Of a DNA stretch of 31,656 nt, positions 1 through 8,971 are shown one piece after another. The translations under genes and the position numbers were made by a program. The first letter of the stretch is position 1, and each line of letters opens with the position of its first letter. The notes under the pieces are model-generated. The model was not told the origin of the DNA, did not search any database, and saw nothing but the letters and a program-made list of their open reading frames with translations. The stretch comes from Kiritimatiellia bacterium (GTDB lineage Bacteria > Verrucomicrobiota > Kiritimatiellia > RFP12 > UBA1067): assembly GCA_017479035.1 (NCBI GenBank), contig JAFVCR010000213.1, positions 1 through 31,656 on the forward strand, read 5' to 3'.

Positions 1-35
1 GCCGCAAGCGCGGCAACCATCAGTATCTTTTTCAT
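1..35 (-). CDS. N-terminus of a putative secreted protein (signal peptide MKKILMVAALAA...), runs off the left edge
   Basis: Minus strand reads ATG AAA AAG ATA CTG ATG GTT GCC GCG CTT GCG; basic then hydrophobic signal-peptide pattern; AAGGAG Shine-Dalgarno just upstream (plus-strand ctcctt, 44-49). Confidence 0.7.
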   Translation of the reverse strand, partial: MKKILMVAALA

Positions 36-324
36 TTTCGCATCTCCTTGTTGAGATGCGCCGCAGATGAAAACGGCGCATCCCGTTGTGTCTTAGTTGA
101 GGCACTTCCAAGCCCAAATCGAAACACAACAAGAATGCGCCAAATCGTGTATATGGCTTACCCATTATACACTTGACGCGTTCCCATACTTCGCTTCGAT
201 TAGAAATTTGGAAGTTTTCAACTAAAGCCAAATATGTGAACTACGTTCACCTGTCCCATCCGCACACCCGTGCGCCGGAACCATGCCTAGGCAACGTTAC
301 ATCGCCCAAGCGGGAAAGAACACC
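36..324 (-). ncRNA. Candidate structured 5' leader / cis-regulatory RNA (no known family recognised)
   Basis: No convincing ORF; successive inverted repeats at ~251-320, 236-250, 208-231, 147-172, 75-141 and 39-60 between a consensus promoter and the SD/ATG at 35. Confidence 0.4.
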
Positions 325-327
325 TTT

Positions 328-356
328 ATAATATCACATTTCCGCCGCCGGTTCAA
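328..356 (-). promoter_or_regulatory. sigma70-type promoter TTGAAC-17-TATTAT with extended TG
   Basis: Minus strand TTGAAC (356-351), 17-nt spacer ending TGA, TATTAT (333-328); predicted TSS ~321-324. Confidence 0.65.
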
Positions 357-454
357 GCACAATTTCAAAGCATCAAATTCCAACATGCCGGCATGGGCAC
401 CGTCACTGCCGCGTTTTTTTGCAAAAATCGCCTTGTAATGTTTTTTAGACGGGG

Positions 455-1411
455 TTACCGCCAAAAAGAAAGAGAGGTTTTCTTGTATTCTTTCCGGGAA
501 ACGAGCATCACGCCGTTTTCAAGGCCGGAAGCCGCTTGCACACGCAAAAACTTTTCATGCGCTTCTGCCGGCGTTTTTGCATGAACCATTGCGAACAGAT
601 TGAACGGAAAGATCGGAGTAAGCACGCGCTCGTACGCATGGGACACCTCCGCGCAGGCGGCGAGTGCACGCCCTGCGGCCACAGTATCGCCGTCCATCCT
701 CCAGCAGCACATTCCATTGGCCACCCACCCTGCATTGCGGTGCGCAAGAAGGAGTGCGATACGCTTAAGGATGCCTCTTTTGTGCAGAGAGCGCACTGTC
801 TCCAGCGTATTTTCCGCATCGCCGAACTGCGCAAAATAGTCTGCCTGCACAATTGTGTCACCGCAAAGCCGTGCGACAATCGAACGTTCTTCCGCAGACA
901 GCACGGAAGGTTCGTCAGCGTCGCACGAGAACTCCGTTTTTTCATCGGCGATGCGGCTAGACTCCGGGAAAATCACATCTATCTTGTAGCGCTTGAGCGC
1001 AAAAAGAATCTCGAAATTCCACGGACGCAGCAAATTGCGCACATGGTCGGCCAACTCGTCGAAACGGCCATTTCCCTCCGAAAGCGTGAACCAGAGAGCT
1101 GGAGCTGCGATGTTTTCCGCCCGCCGCATATAGCAATGCGTAACGGCGGCGAGTGGAGTTATTTTAGCCGCAGCAGCATCGATTTCGCCATTCGGGACAT
1201 CTGCACAGCAAAGTGCGCTTTTGTAGCCCAAGCGCCTTGTATCGAACACGCCGCCGAACCTACGAACAAGCCTCTTCGCCCTGCTCTCCTCTATCAAGCG
1301 GAGCACATCCCCTTCCCCAGTACCGCACATCGTCGCCAACGCCTCGAAGGGCCTCCGCACAAGCGGGAGCCCCTCCTGCAACAACTGCAAAATGCCGTCA
1401 GGAGATTGCAA
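455..1411 (-). CDS. ahbAB: Siroheme decarboxylase, fused AhbA-AhbB (NirDL-like)
   Basis: Two AsnC/Lrp-like repeats: LQEGLPLVRRPF...RRFGGVFDTRRLGY...VTHCYMR (AhbA-like) and GILKRIALLLAHRNAGWVANGMCCW...VSHAYER...FPFNLFAMVH (AhbB-like). TTG start 5 nt after the lptE stop; start uncertain. Confidence 0.8.
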   Translation of the reverse strand: MQSPDGILQLLQEGLPLVRRPFEALATMCGTGEGDVLRLIEESRAKRLVRRFGGVFDTRRLGYKSALCCADVPNGEIDAAAAKITPLAAVTHCYMRRAENIAAPALWFTLSEGNGRFDELADHVRNLLRPWNFEILFALKRYKIDVIFPESSRIADEKTEFSCDADEPSVLSAEERSIVARLCGDTIVQADYFAQFGDAENTLETVRSLHKRGILKRIALLLAHRNAGWVANGMCCWRMDGDTVAAGRALAACAEVSHAYERVLTPIFPFNLFAMVHAKTPAEAHEKFLRVQAASGLENGVMLVSRKEYKKTSLSFWR

Positions 1412-1416
1412 ACCGT

Positions 1417-1935
1417 TTACTTGCTGTAGGGGAAAGAGACCACGTCGTCCACGATCTGCCGTGCGAGATCGGCGGTGACACGTTCTGCGGCGTTGCGCTG
1501 GCCCATGAGGAGGTCTCCCTGCGTGAAGAACGTGGTTTCTGCGGTATATTTGCGGTTGTCCTGCAACACCTCGCCCGTCTTTTTGTTTATGATGGAGACT
1601 TCCGCCACCACCTCGTAACGGTACTCGCTCGCCCGCATGCCGTATGCACGTTCAAATGTTACGCCGTGGCGGTCTGCCTTGACAATCGCTCCCTGCACTT
1701 CTATTGCGCCATCGCCAGTGCGTTTGAGTTTCATTGTTCCTTCGCGCTCGAACTCGCGGCGGATGAACTGCGTAGCCACCGGCCCGAGTTCGGCAGACAT
1801 GGTGCGGTTCTCGAACACGGGCACCGCCACGGTGCGCAAATCATCGGGGACGGCACCCGACCAACGGTAGGACGCGCACCCGGCTACTGCGGCGGTTACG
1901 AGGGATACAAACAAAATCTTCGGCAAAATTTTCAT
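1417..1935 (-). CDS. lptE: LptE-family (LPS assembly) lipoprotein
   Basis: Lipoprotein signal with lipobox AVAG-C, followed by TVAVPVFENRT and a length (172 aa) typical of the LptE family. Confidence 0.7.
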   Translation of the reverse strand: MKILPKILFVSLVTAAVAGCASYRWSGAVPDDLRTVAVPVFENRTMSAELGPVATQFIRREFEREGTMKLKRTGDGAIEVQGAIVKADRHGVTFERAYGMRASEYRYEVVAEVSIINKKTGEVLQDNRKYTAETTFFTQGDLLMGQRNAAERVTADLARQIVDDVVSFPYSK

Positions 1936-1941
1936 ATCACG

Positions 1942-1970
1942 ATTCTATCAAACTTTGCGTTATAACGCAA
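1942..1970 (-). promoter_or_regulatory. Promoter of lptE-ahbAB, TTGCGT-17-TAGAAT with extended TG; leaderless geometry
   Basis: -10 ends 6 nt before the ATG at 1935; no SD between. Confidence 0.6.
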
Positions 1971-2038
1971 CCGATTTCTCATGCCACGCGGCGCAAGCGC
2001 TTTCATGCGCCGGAAACGATTATTTCGCGCAAAAAATC

Positions 2039-2067
2039 TTCCATTTTCAGGAGGTATGTGGTATAAT
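2039..2067 (+). promoter_or_regulatory. Promoter of ftsH operon, TTCCAT-17-TATAAT with extended TG
   Basis: TGgTATAAT at 2059-2067; ATG at 2076 is 8 nt downstream. Confidence 0.65.
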
Positions 2068-2075
2068 GCCAACCT

Positions 2076-4092
<2,017 letters not shown>

Positions 4093-4100
<8 letters not shown>

Positions 4101-4902
4101 GGTTTGGAAATGTGGCGCGAAGACGCTTGAGCTTGCGAAACCCCTTGTGATGGGAATCGTGAACGTCACTCCCGATTCGTTTTCGGACGGGGGGCGTTTC
4201 CTAACACCGGATGCGGCGGCGGCGCATGCGAAGGAATTGGTGGAACAAGGTGCGCACATAATAGACTTCGGCGCGGAATCTACGAGGCCGGGGCATCTTG
4301 CGGTGTCGCCGCAAGAAGAGATGGCAAGGCTCCTGCCGGCATTAGAGGCGTTCGGCAAGCACGATGGCGTGGCGGTATCCGTAGATACGCGCAACATCGA
4401 AACCGCGCGGGAGGCGTTGCGCTGCGGCGCAGACATATTGAATTGCGTAACGCCACTGACGCGCAAAGGCGCGGAGGCGTTTGCAGAACTGGCTGCGGAA
4501 AGCGGGGCGGGGCTTGTGGCGATGAACTGGAACGAACACGAAAACTCATCCGGCATAAAGCATGTAATGGGCAATCTTGCAAACCAGAAAGCCATTGCGA
4601 TACAAGCGGGTTGCGCACCGGAGCAGATTGTGATCGATCCGGGATTCGGATTTGGGAAGACGCGCGAAGAGGATATTGCAATTTTCAAGGAGATGGATTT
4701 GCTCATGCAGATTGCGCCGGTGCTTGCGGGCATCTCGCGCAAAAGGACGCTAGGGTTTATCACGGGCGAAGAAGACCCCGGGAAAAGGCTTGGCGCGTCG
4801 GTGGCGGCGGCTGTATGCGCCGTGGTGCGCGGCGCGAAAGTAGTGCGCGTGCACGACGTGCGCGAAACGGTGCAGGCAATAAAGACATGGGAGGCGTTAT
4901 GA
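4093..4902 (+). CDS. folP: Dihydropteroate synthase
   Basis: VMGIVNVTPDSFSDGG, GAESTRPG, IDPGFGFGK, GISRK motifs. Start placed at ATG 4093, overlapping the ftsH stop. Confidence 0.96.
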
Positions 4903-5789
4903 TCGATACGCTGGTAAATTTCCTCGATGCGATACCGTTCAACGCCATAGCGCAGATTGCCGTGCTGTATTTTGCCGTATACGGCGTACTGCGAGCTGGA
5001 AGAGGGACAAGATTCGGGCAGGCTCTGATGGGATTCGGGGTGCTGTTTGGTCTATTGGCGGTGCTCTCGCACATATTCGATTTCGATGTAATCTCGCGTT
5101 TGCTGCAGGCGTTGCTGGGGTATGTGGTGATTTCCACCGTGGTGGTGTTCCATCCGGAGATCCGCAGATTTTTGGCATCGTTCGGAGCGATGCTTTTCCG
5201 CGATCGAGACCAGGCGAACACGCAAGGCCAGGTGACACCGGAACAATTTACGCGGGCGATTTTCAAACTGTCCGAAAAACGTCTCGGTGCGCTGTTCGCG
5301 TTTGAAAGAGGAATTTCGCTTAAAGGCTATGAAGAGTCGGGAGTGGTGCTGGACGCGATAATATCGGAGCCGCTGCTCGTGTCGATATTCACGGAGCCGC
5401 TGCCGCTGCACGATGGAGGAGCGGTGGTGAGGCATGGGCGGTTGGCATCGGCACATTGTCTGTTTCCGATTTCAAACCAGGAGAGCCTGTCGGTATCGGG
5501 CATGCGGCACAGGGCGGCGGTGGGGCTTTCCGAAGAAACGGATGCGCTGGTGGTGGTAGTGTCGGAAGAGACAGGGAGAGTGTCGATAGCGCACAACGGC
5601 AAGATAATAAGGTATCCGGATGCGGACGATGCATCGCGGGCGGCGGTCTTGCGCTGGATTTCCAAGGCGATGCCTCGGCGCAAGAGCACACTGGAAAAGA
5701 TCGCGGATTCGGCAAGGAAGATCGTGCACAAGATGCGCAGGCGCGGCAATGCGGCAGACAAAACCGAAAGCGGGGAGGCGGAGCAATGA
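4899..5789 (+). CDS. cdaA: Membrane diadenylate cyclase CdaA/DacA (c-di-AMP synthase)
   Basis: Three N-terminal TM helices, PLHDGG and GMRHRAA motifs, VVSEETG; ATGA overlap with folP; GGAGG SD. Confidence 0.93.
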   Translation: MIDTLVNFLDAIPFNAIAQIAVLYFAVYGVLRAGRGTRFGQALMGFGVLFGLLAVLSHIFDFDVISRLLQALLGYVVISTVVVFHPEIRRFLASFGAMLFRDRDQANTQGQVTPEQFTRAIFKLSEKRLGALFAFERGISLKGYEESGVVLDAIISEPLLVSIFTEPLPLHDGGAVVRHGRLASAHCLFPISNQESLSVSGMRHRAAVGLSEETDALVVVVSEETGRVSIAHNGKIIRYPDADDASRAAVLRWISKAMPRRKSTLEKIADSARKIVHKMRRRGNAADKTESGEAEQ

Positions 5790-6286
5790 AATTCATCACC
5801 AACAATTGGTGGCTCAAGATTTTCGCTTTGGCGATCGCACTCATGGTGTATTACATCATGCGGCAGGACATCAACCGCAGCGAAGGCAAACAGACCACTC
5901 TCAAAAGCATTTTCGGAATCCCGACGAAGCCGGCCACGGAGCGTAAGGAAGATCTGGAAGCGTTCCAGGAAGCGGCAGAAAGGGCCGCGCGCCAGGCGGA
6001 GGAGCGCGAACAGCGCGAAAACGCACGACGCGAACAGCGTCAGCGCGAGCGTTCGCGGCAGACAGGCGGCAACACGCCAAAGCCCAACGTGCAATCGAAT
6101 CCCGGGAACAATGCGCCTAAAACGCAAACGCAAGAGCCGCCAAGGCCAGATCCGACACCGCCACCTCCGCCGCCCGTGAGCGAAGAACAAGAGTCGACCT
6201 TGACGCAGCCGGACGAAGGCCCCGCACCCACGCCGCATTCGATGCCCGTGGACGTGCCGAACAGCAATGGAGCGAAAGATGGCTGA
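5786..6286 (+). CDS. Hypothetical membrane-anchored protein; CdaR/YbbR-like N-terminal TM, then charged helix and Pro-rich tail
   Basis: ATGA overlap with cdaA; MKFITNNWWLKIFALAIALMVYYI resembles CdaR anchors; no YbbR beta-domains recognisable. Confidence 0.75.
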   Translation: MKFITNNWWLKIFALAIALMVYYIMRQDINRSEGKQTTLKSIFGIPTKPATERKEDLEAFQEAAERAARQAEEREQRENARREQRQRERSRQTGGNTPKPNVQSNPGNNAPKTQTQEPPRPDPTPPPPPPVSEEQESTLTQPDEGPAPTPHSMPVDVPNSNGAKDG

Positions 6287-8957
6287 CGGCGAAACATCCA
6301 TCAAATCCGGCGCGGGCAGACCGGCAACGCGCGACATCGAGGAAGAGCGCGCAGTGCGCAGGAGAATGTGGGGGTTCAGCATTCTCCCGCTGACGTTGCT
6401 GCCGCTGCTTGCACTATATACGTACGACTGGCACGACATCGCGGAACTTTGCATCCCACCGAACGAAACGCCTATGAACATGATAGGCATCGCCGGTGCA
6501 AGATTTGCATACGCCGGATACAAACTGGTGGGGCTTGCAGTGTGGGCAGTGCCGCTGTTGATGGCGCTTGCGGGATTCATACTGGCGTGCGGGAGGGCGT
6601 TCAAGCCATCGCGCAGAATGTTTGCAATGCTGCTTTTCATGGTATCGGGCACGTCGCTATTGGAACTGATGAATTTCTCGGATGCATTTAGGCCGTTGCT
6701 GGAAAAGATAAATATCGCGGATGCAGGCGGAAACCTGGGGTATCTTGTAATGAAGCGCGGGCTTGCGGATATGCTATCCCCAATGGGCGCGGCGATATTG
6801 ATGACGACGATTTTCCTCGTGTCGCTAACGATGCTTGCCGGCATAGCGAACATTGCACGGGCGATAGAAGTGCTGTCTGGCCGCAGACATCGCGCCGATG
6901 CCGACGATGGGGATGGAGAAGAGGAGACCCGCCGCGAAGCCGAGGCAGCGGCGGCGCGATTGGCGCGCGAGGCTGCACGGAGACAGCGCGAAGAGGAGAA
7001 ACTGCGCATCGCAGAAGAAAAGCAGCGCAAGCTGGAAGAAAAGGAAGCGTTGCGCGAGGCGGCACGCCGCGAGCGCGAAGCAGAGCGCGCTCGCAAGGAA
7101 GATGCTCAAGCGTCCGCAGAGAAGGAACGCCTTGCGGCGAAAGAACGCATCATGGCATCGAACGGCCAGGGAGCTATACCCAAAGTAGCGGAAAAACCGC
7201 AAGCGGCGGAGGAAGCATCACACGCTGAAGAAGAACAGCCCGCACCCGCCGCGCCGTATGAATTGCCTCCTGTTTCCATACTTGCACCAGTACCAGTTTC
7301 GGAGGCGGACCACGGCGACGTGGACAACATGGCGCAGAGGCTCATAGACACGCTAAAAGTCTATGACATCAACTGCACGCTAGCATTCACCGTAAAAGGG
7401 CCGGTGGTGACGCAATACGCGCTGGAGCCGGAACTTGGCGTGCGCGTGGAACGCATAGCCAGCCTGGCCAAAAACCTGCAAATGGCGTTGCGGGCAAAAT
7501 CTCTGCGCATACAAGCGCCCATTCCGGGCGAGAACGCAGTGGGCATTGAGGTGCCGAATAAGGTTACCGCGCCGGTGATATTCAGAGAGATAATCGAGTC
7601 TAAACTCTGGAAAGACAAAACTACATGGCCCGAAGGTGGCAAACCCAAGTTCTTCCTGCCGCTGTTGCTGGGCAAAGACGTGGCGGGACGCAATTTGATT
7701 GCTGACCTCGCGCAGATACCGCATTTGCTGATTGGCGGTGCCACGAAGCAGGGCAAATCCGTGTGCCTGAATTCGATAATAAACGGATTTTTGATGTGCC
7801 GCACGCCAGATCAGTTGCGCTTGATAATGGTCGATCCGAAGAGAGTGGAATTCAACGATTACGGCAAACTGCCGCATCTGCTGGTGCCGATAGTGAACGA
7901 CACGAATAAAGTCGTTTTCGCGCTGCGGTGGGCGACCAAAGAAATGGATCGGCGCTTGAGAATGTTCTCCGCAACGGCATGCCGCAACATCGAAGAATTC
8001 AACTCGCGCAAGGTAGTGGCGCAACCGGATTTGTTCGGCGACGAGAAGATATTGGGCAATGGCGACATTCCACGAACCCTGCCATACATCGTGGTGGTAA
8101 TCGACGAACTCGCAGACATAATGGACAATGCCGGCAAAGAAGTGGAGCCTGTTCTTGCAAGGCTTCTCGCGCTGGCTCGCGCAGCAGGAATACATCTTAT
8201 AATCGCCACGCAACGGCCCGACACGCGCACCATCGCAGGAACGCTGAAATCAAACATTCCTGGCCGCATAGCATTCAAGACATCGCAAGGCAACGATTCG
8301 CGTACGATTCTCGACACCGTAGGCGCGGAGACGTTGATCGGCAGGGGCGACATGCTGTTCAAGACATCGGACGGACTGCTGCTGCGCGCACAAGGCGCAT
8401 ACATACCCAACAACGACATCTATGCGATACGCGACTTCATAGGCGAGAGGGCTGGCACGAATTTCGACGAGAAATTCGCCGCGCACATGGCGATGATAAA
8501 GGAATCTTCGCCAGACGACACGATCGAATCCGGCGAGGCTGGCACCATGTCCGCACCAGGCGGCGGAGAGTATCAGCCTGGCGGCGGCGAAATACCAATG
8601 AGCGGCGAGATGCCTGCAACCGGCGGCGCGGCGGGAGGGGCTTCAAAAGAAGAAATGCTCTACAATGCCGCGCTCGATGTGATCCGCAGGACAGGCCGCG
8701 CGTCTACGTCGCACCTGCAAAGGCGCATGAACATAGGCTACAACCATGCGGCGCGGGTCATAGATTTGCTGGAAGAGCGGGGAATAATCGGGCCGGCAAA
8801 GGGCGCGGGTCCGCGCGAAATACTTGTGGATCTGGAGAAGATGCTTGCCACCGCCACCGAACGCGAATTCTCCGGCAACGGCAGCACAGGCAACGCGGAT
8901 GCCGCATCGGCAGAAGCCGACATGCCGCAAGATGCAGACGGCGAAGAAGGGTTTTAA
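6279..8957 (+). CDS. ftsK: DNA translocase FtsK/SpoIIIE
   Basis: N-terminal multi-TM domain, motor domain (PHLLIGGATKQGKS, IVVVIDELAD, HLIIATQRP, GAETLIGRGDML), gamma domain LQRRMNIGYNHAARVID. Start 6279 (GGAG SD) preferred over 6267. Confidence 0.96.
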   Translation: MADGETSIKSGAGRPATRDIEEERAVRRRMWGFSILPLTLLPLLALYTYDWHDIAELCIPPNETPMNMIGIAGARFAYAGYKLVGLAVWAVPLLMALAGFILACGRAFKPSRRMFAMLLFMVSGTSLLELMNFSDAFRPLLEKINIADAGGNLGYLVMKRGLADMLSPMGAAILMTTIFLVSLTMLAGIANIARAIEVLSGRRHRADADDGDGEEETRREAEAAAARLAREAARRQREEEKLRIAEEKQRKLEEKEALREAARREREAERARKEDAQASAEKERLAAKERIMASNGQGAIPKVAEKPQAAEEASHAEEEQPAPAAPYELPPVSILAPVPVSEADHGDVDNMAQRLIDTLKVYDINCTLAFTVKGPVVTQYALEPELGVRVERIASLAKNLQMALRAKSLRIQAPIPGENAVGIEVPNKVTAPVIFREIIESKLWKDKTTWPEGGKPKFFLPLLLGKDVAGRNLIADLAQIPHLLIGGATKQGKSVCLNSIINGFLMCRTPDQLRLIMVDPKRVEFNDYGKLPHLLVPIVNDTNKVVFALRWATKEMDRRLRMFSATACRNIEEFNSRKVVAQPDLFGDEKILGNGDIPRTLPYIVVVIDELADIMDNAGKEVEPVLARLLALARAAGIHLIIATQRPDTRTIAGTLKSNIPGRIAFKTSQGNDSRTILDTVGAETLIGRGDMLFKTSDGLLLRAQGAYIPNNDIYAIRDFIGERAGTNFDEKFAAHMAMIKESSPDDTIESGEAGTMSAPGGGEYQPGGGEIPMSGEMPATGGAAGGASKEEMLYNAALDVIRRTGRASTSHLQRRMNIGYNHAARVIDLLEERGIIGPAKGAGPREILVDLEKMLATATEREFSGNGSTGNADAASAEADMPQDADGEEGF

Positions 8958-8971
8958 CAAAGGAGCGAACT

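Noticed and set aside
164-169. Second promoter (TATAAT on the minus strand) for the leftmost gene
   Set aside because: No -35 or extended TG, and the hexamer lies inside a 10-bp hairpin arm (147-172). Not fully excluded.
236-250. CRP/FNR site (GTGAAC-TAC-GTTCAC)
   Set aside because: Spacing is one base off TGTGA-N6-TCACA and it lies well downstream of the promoter; treated as an RNA hairpin of the leader instead.
222-284. Leader peptide MVPAHGCADGTGERSSHIWL on the minus strand
   Set aside because: No SD, no run of regulatory codons, and no attenuator-type terminator with a U-tract downstream.
4443-4898. ORF-track upstream starts for cdaA (also folP 4045, glnA 16763, addA 22069, addB 25134, bioA 26437, PRTase 26961, clpB 29565, uxaB 31281)
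   Set aside because: The extensions overlap neighbouring genes or promoters; the downstream starts have SDs, ATGA coupling or leaderless geometry and match family N-termini.
5327-7096. 589-aa minus-strand ORF (and similar long antisense ORFs at 11590-12639, 24773-26089, 26299-27849, 27149-28741, 27889-29232)
   Set aside because: They lie antisense to well-supported genes, are Ser/Arg/Ala-rich with no motifs, and are the expected shadow frames of GC-rich coding DNA.
7928-8971. N-terminal extension of the RodZ-like ORF (718-aa call) overlapping ftsK, i.e. a possible frameshift fusion
   Set aside because: The extension is low-information Arg-rich sequence, there is a strong AAGGAG SD before ATG 8972, and no slippery site was evident.
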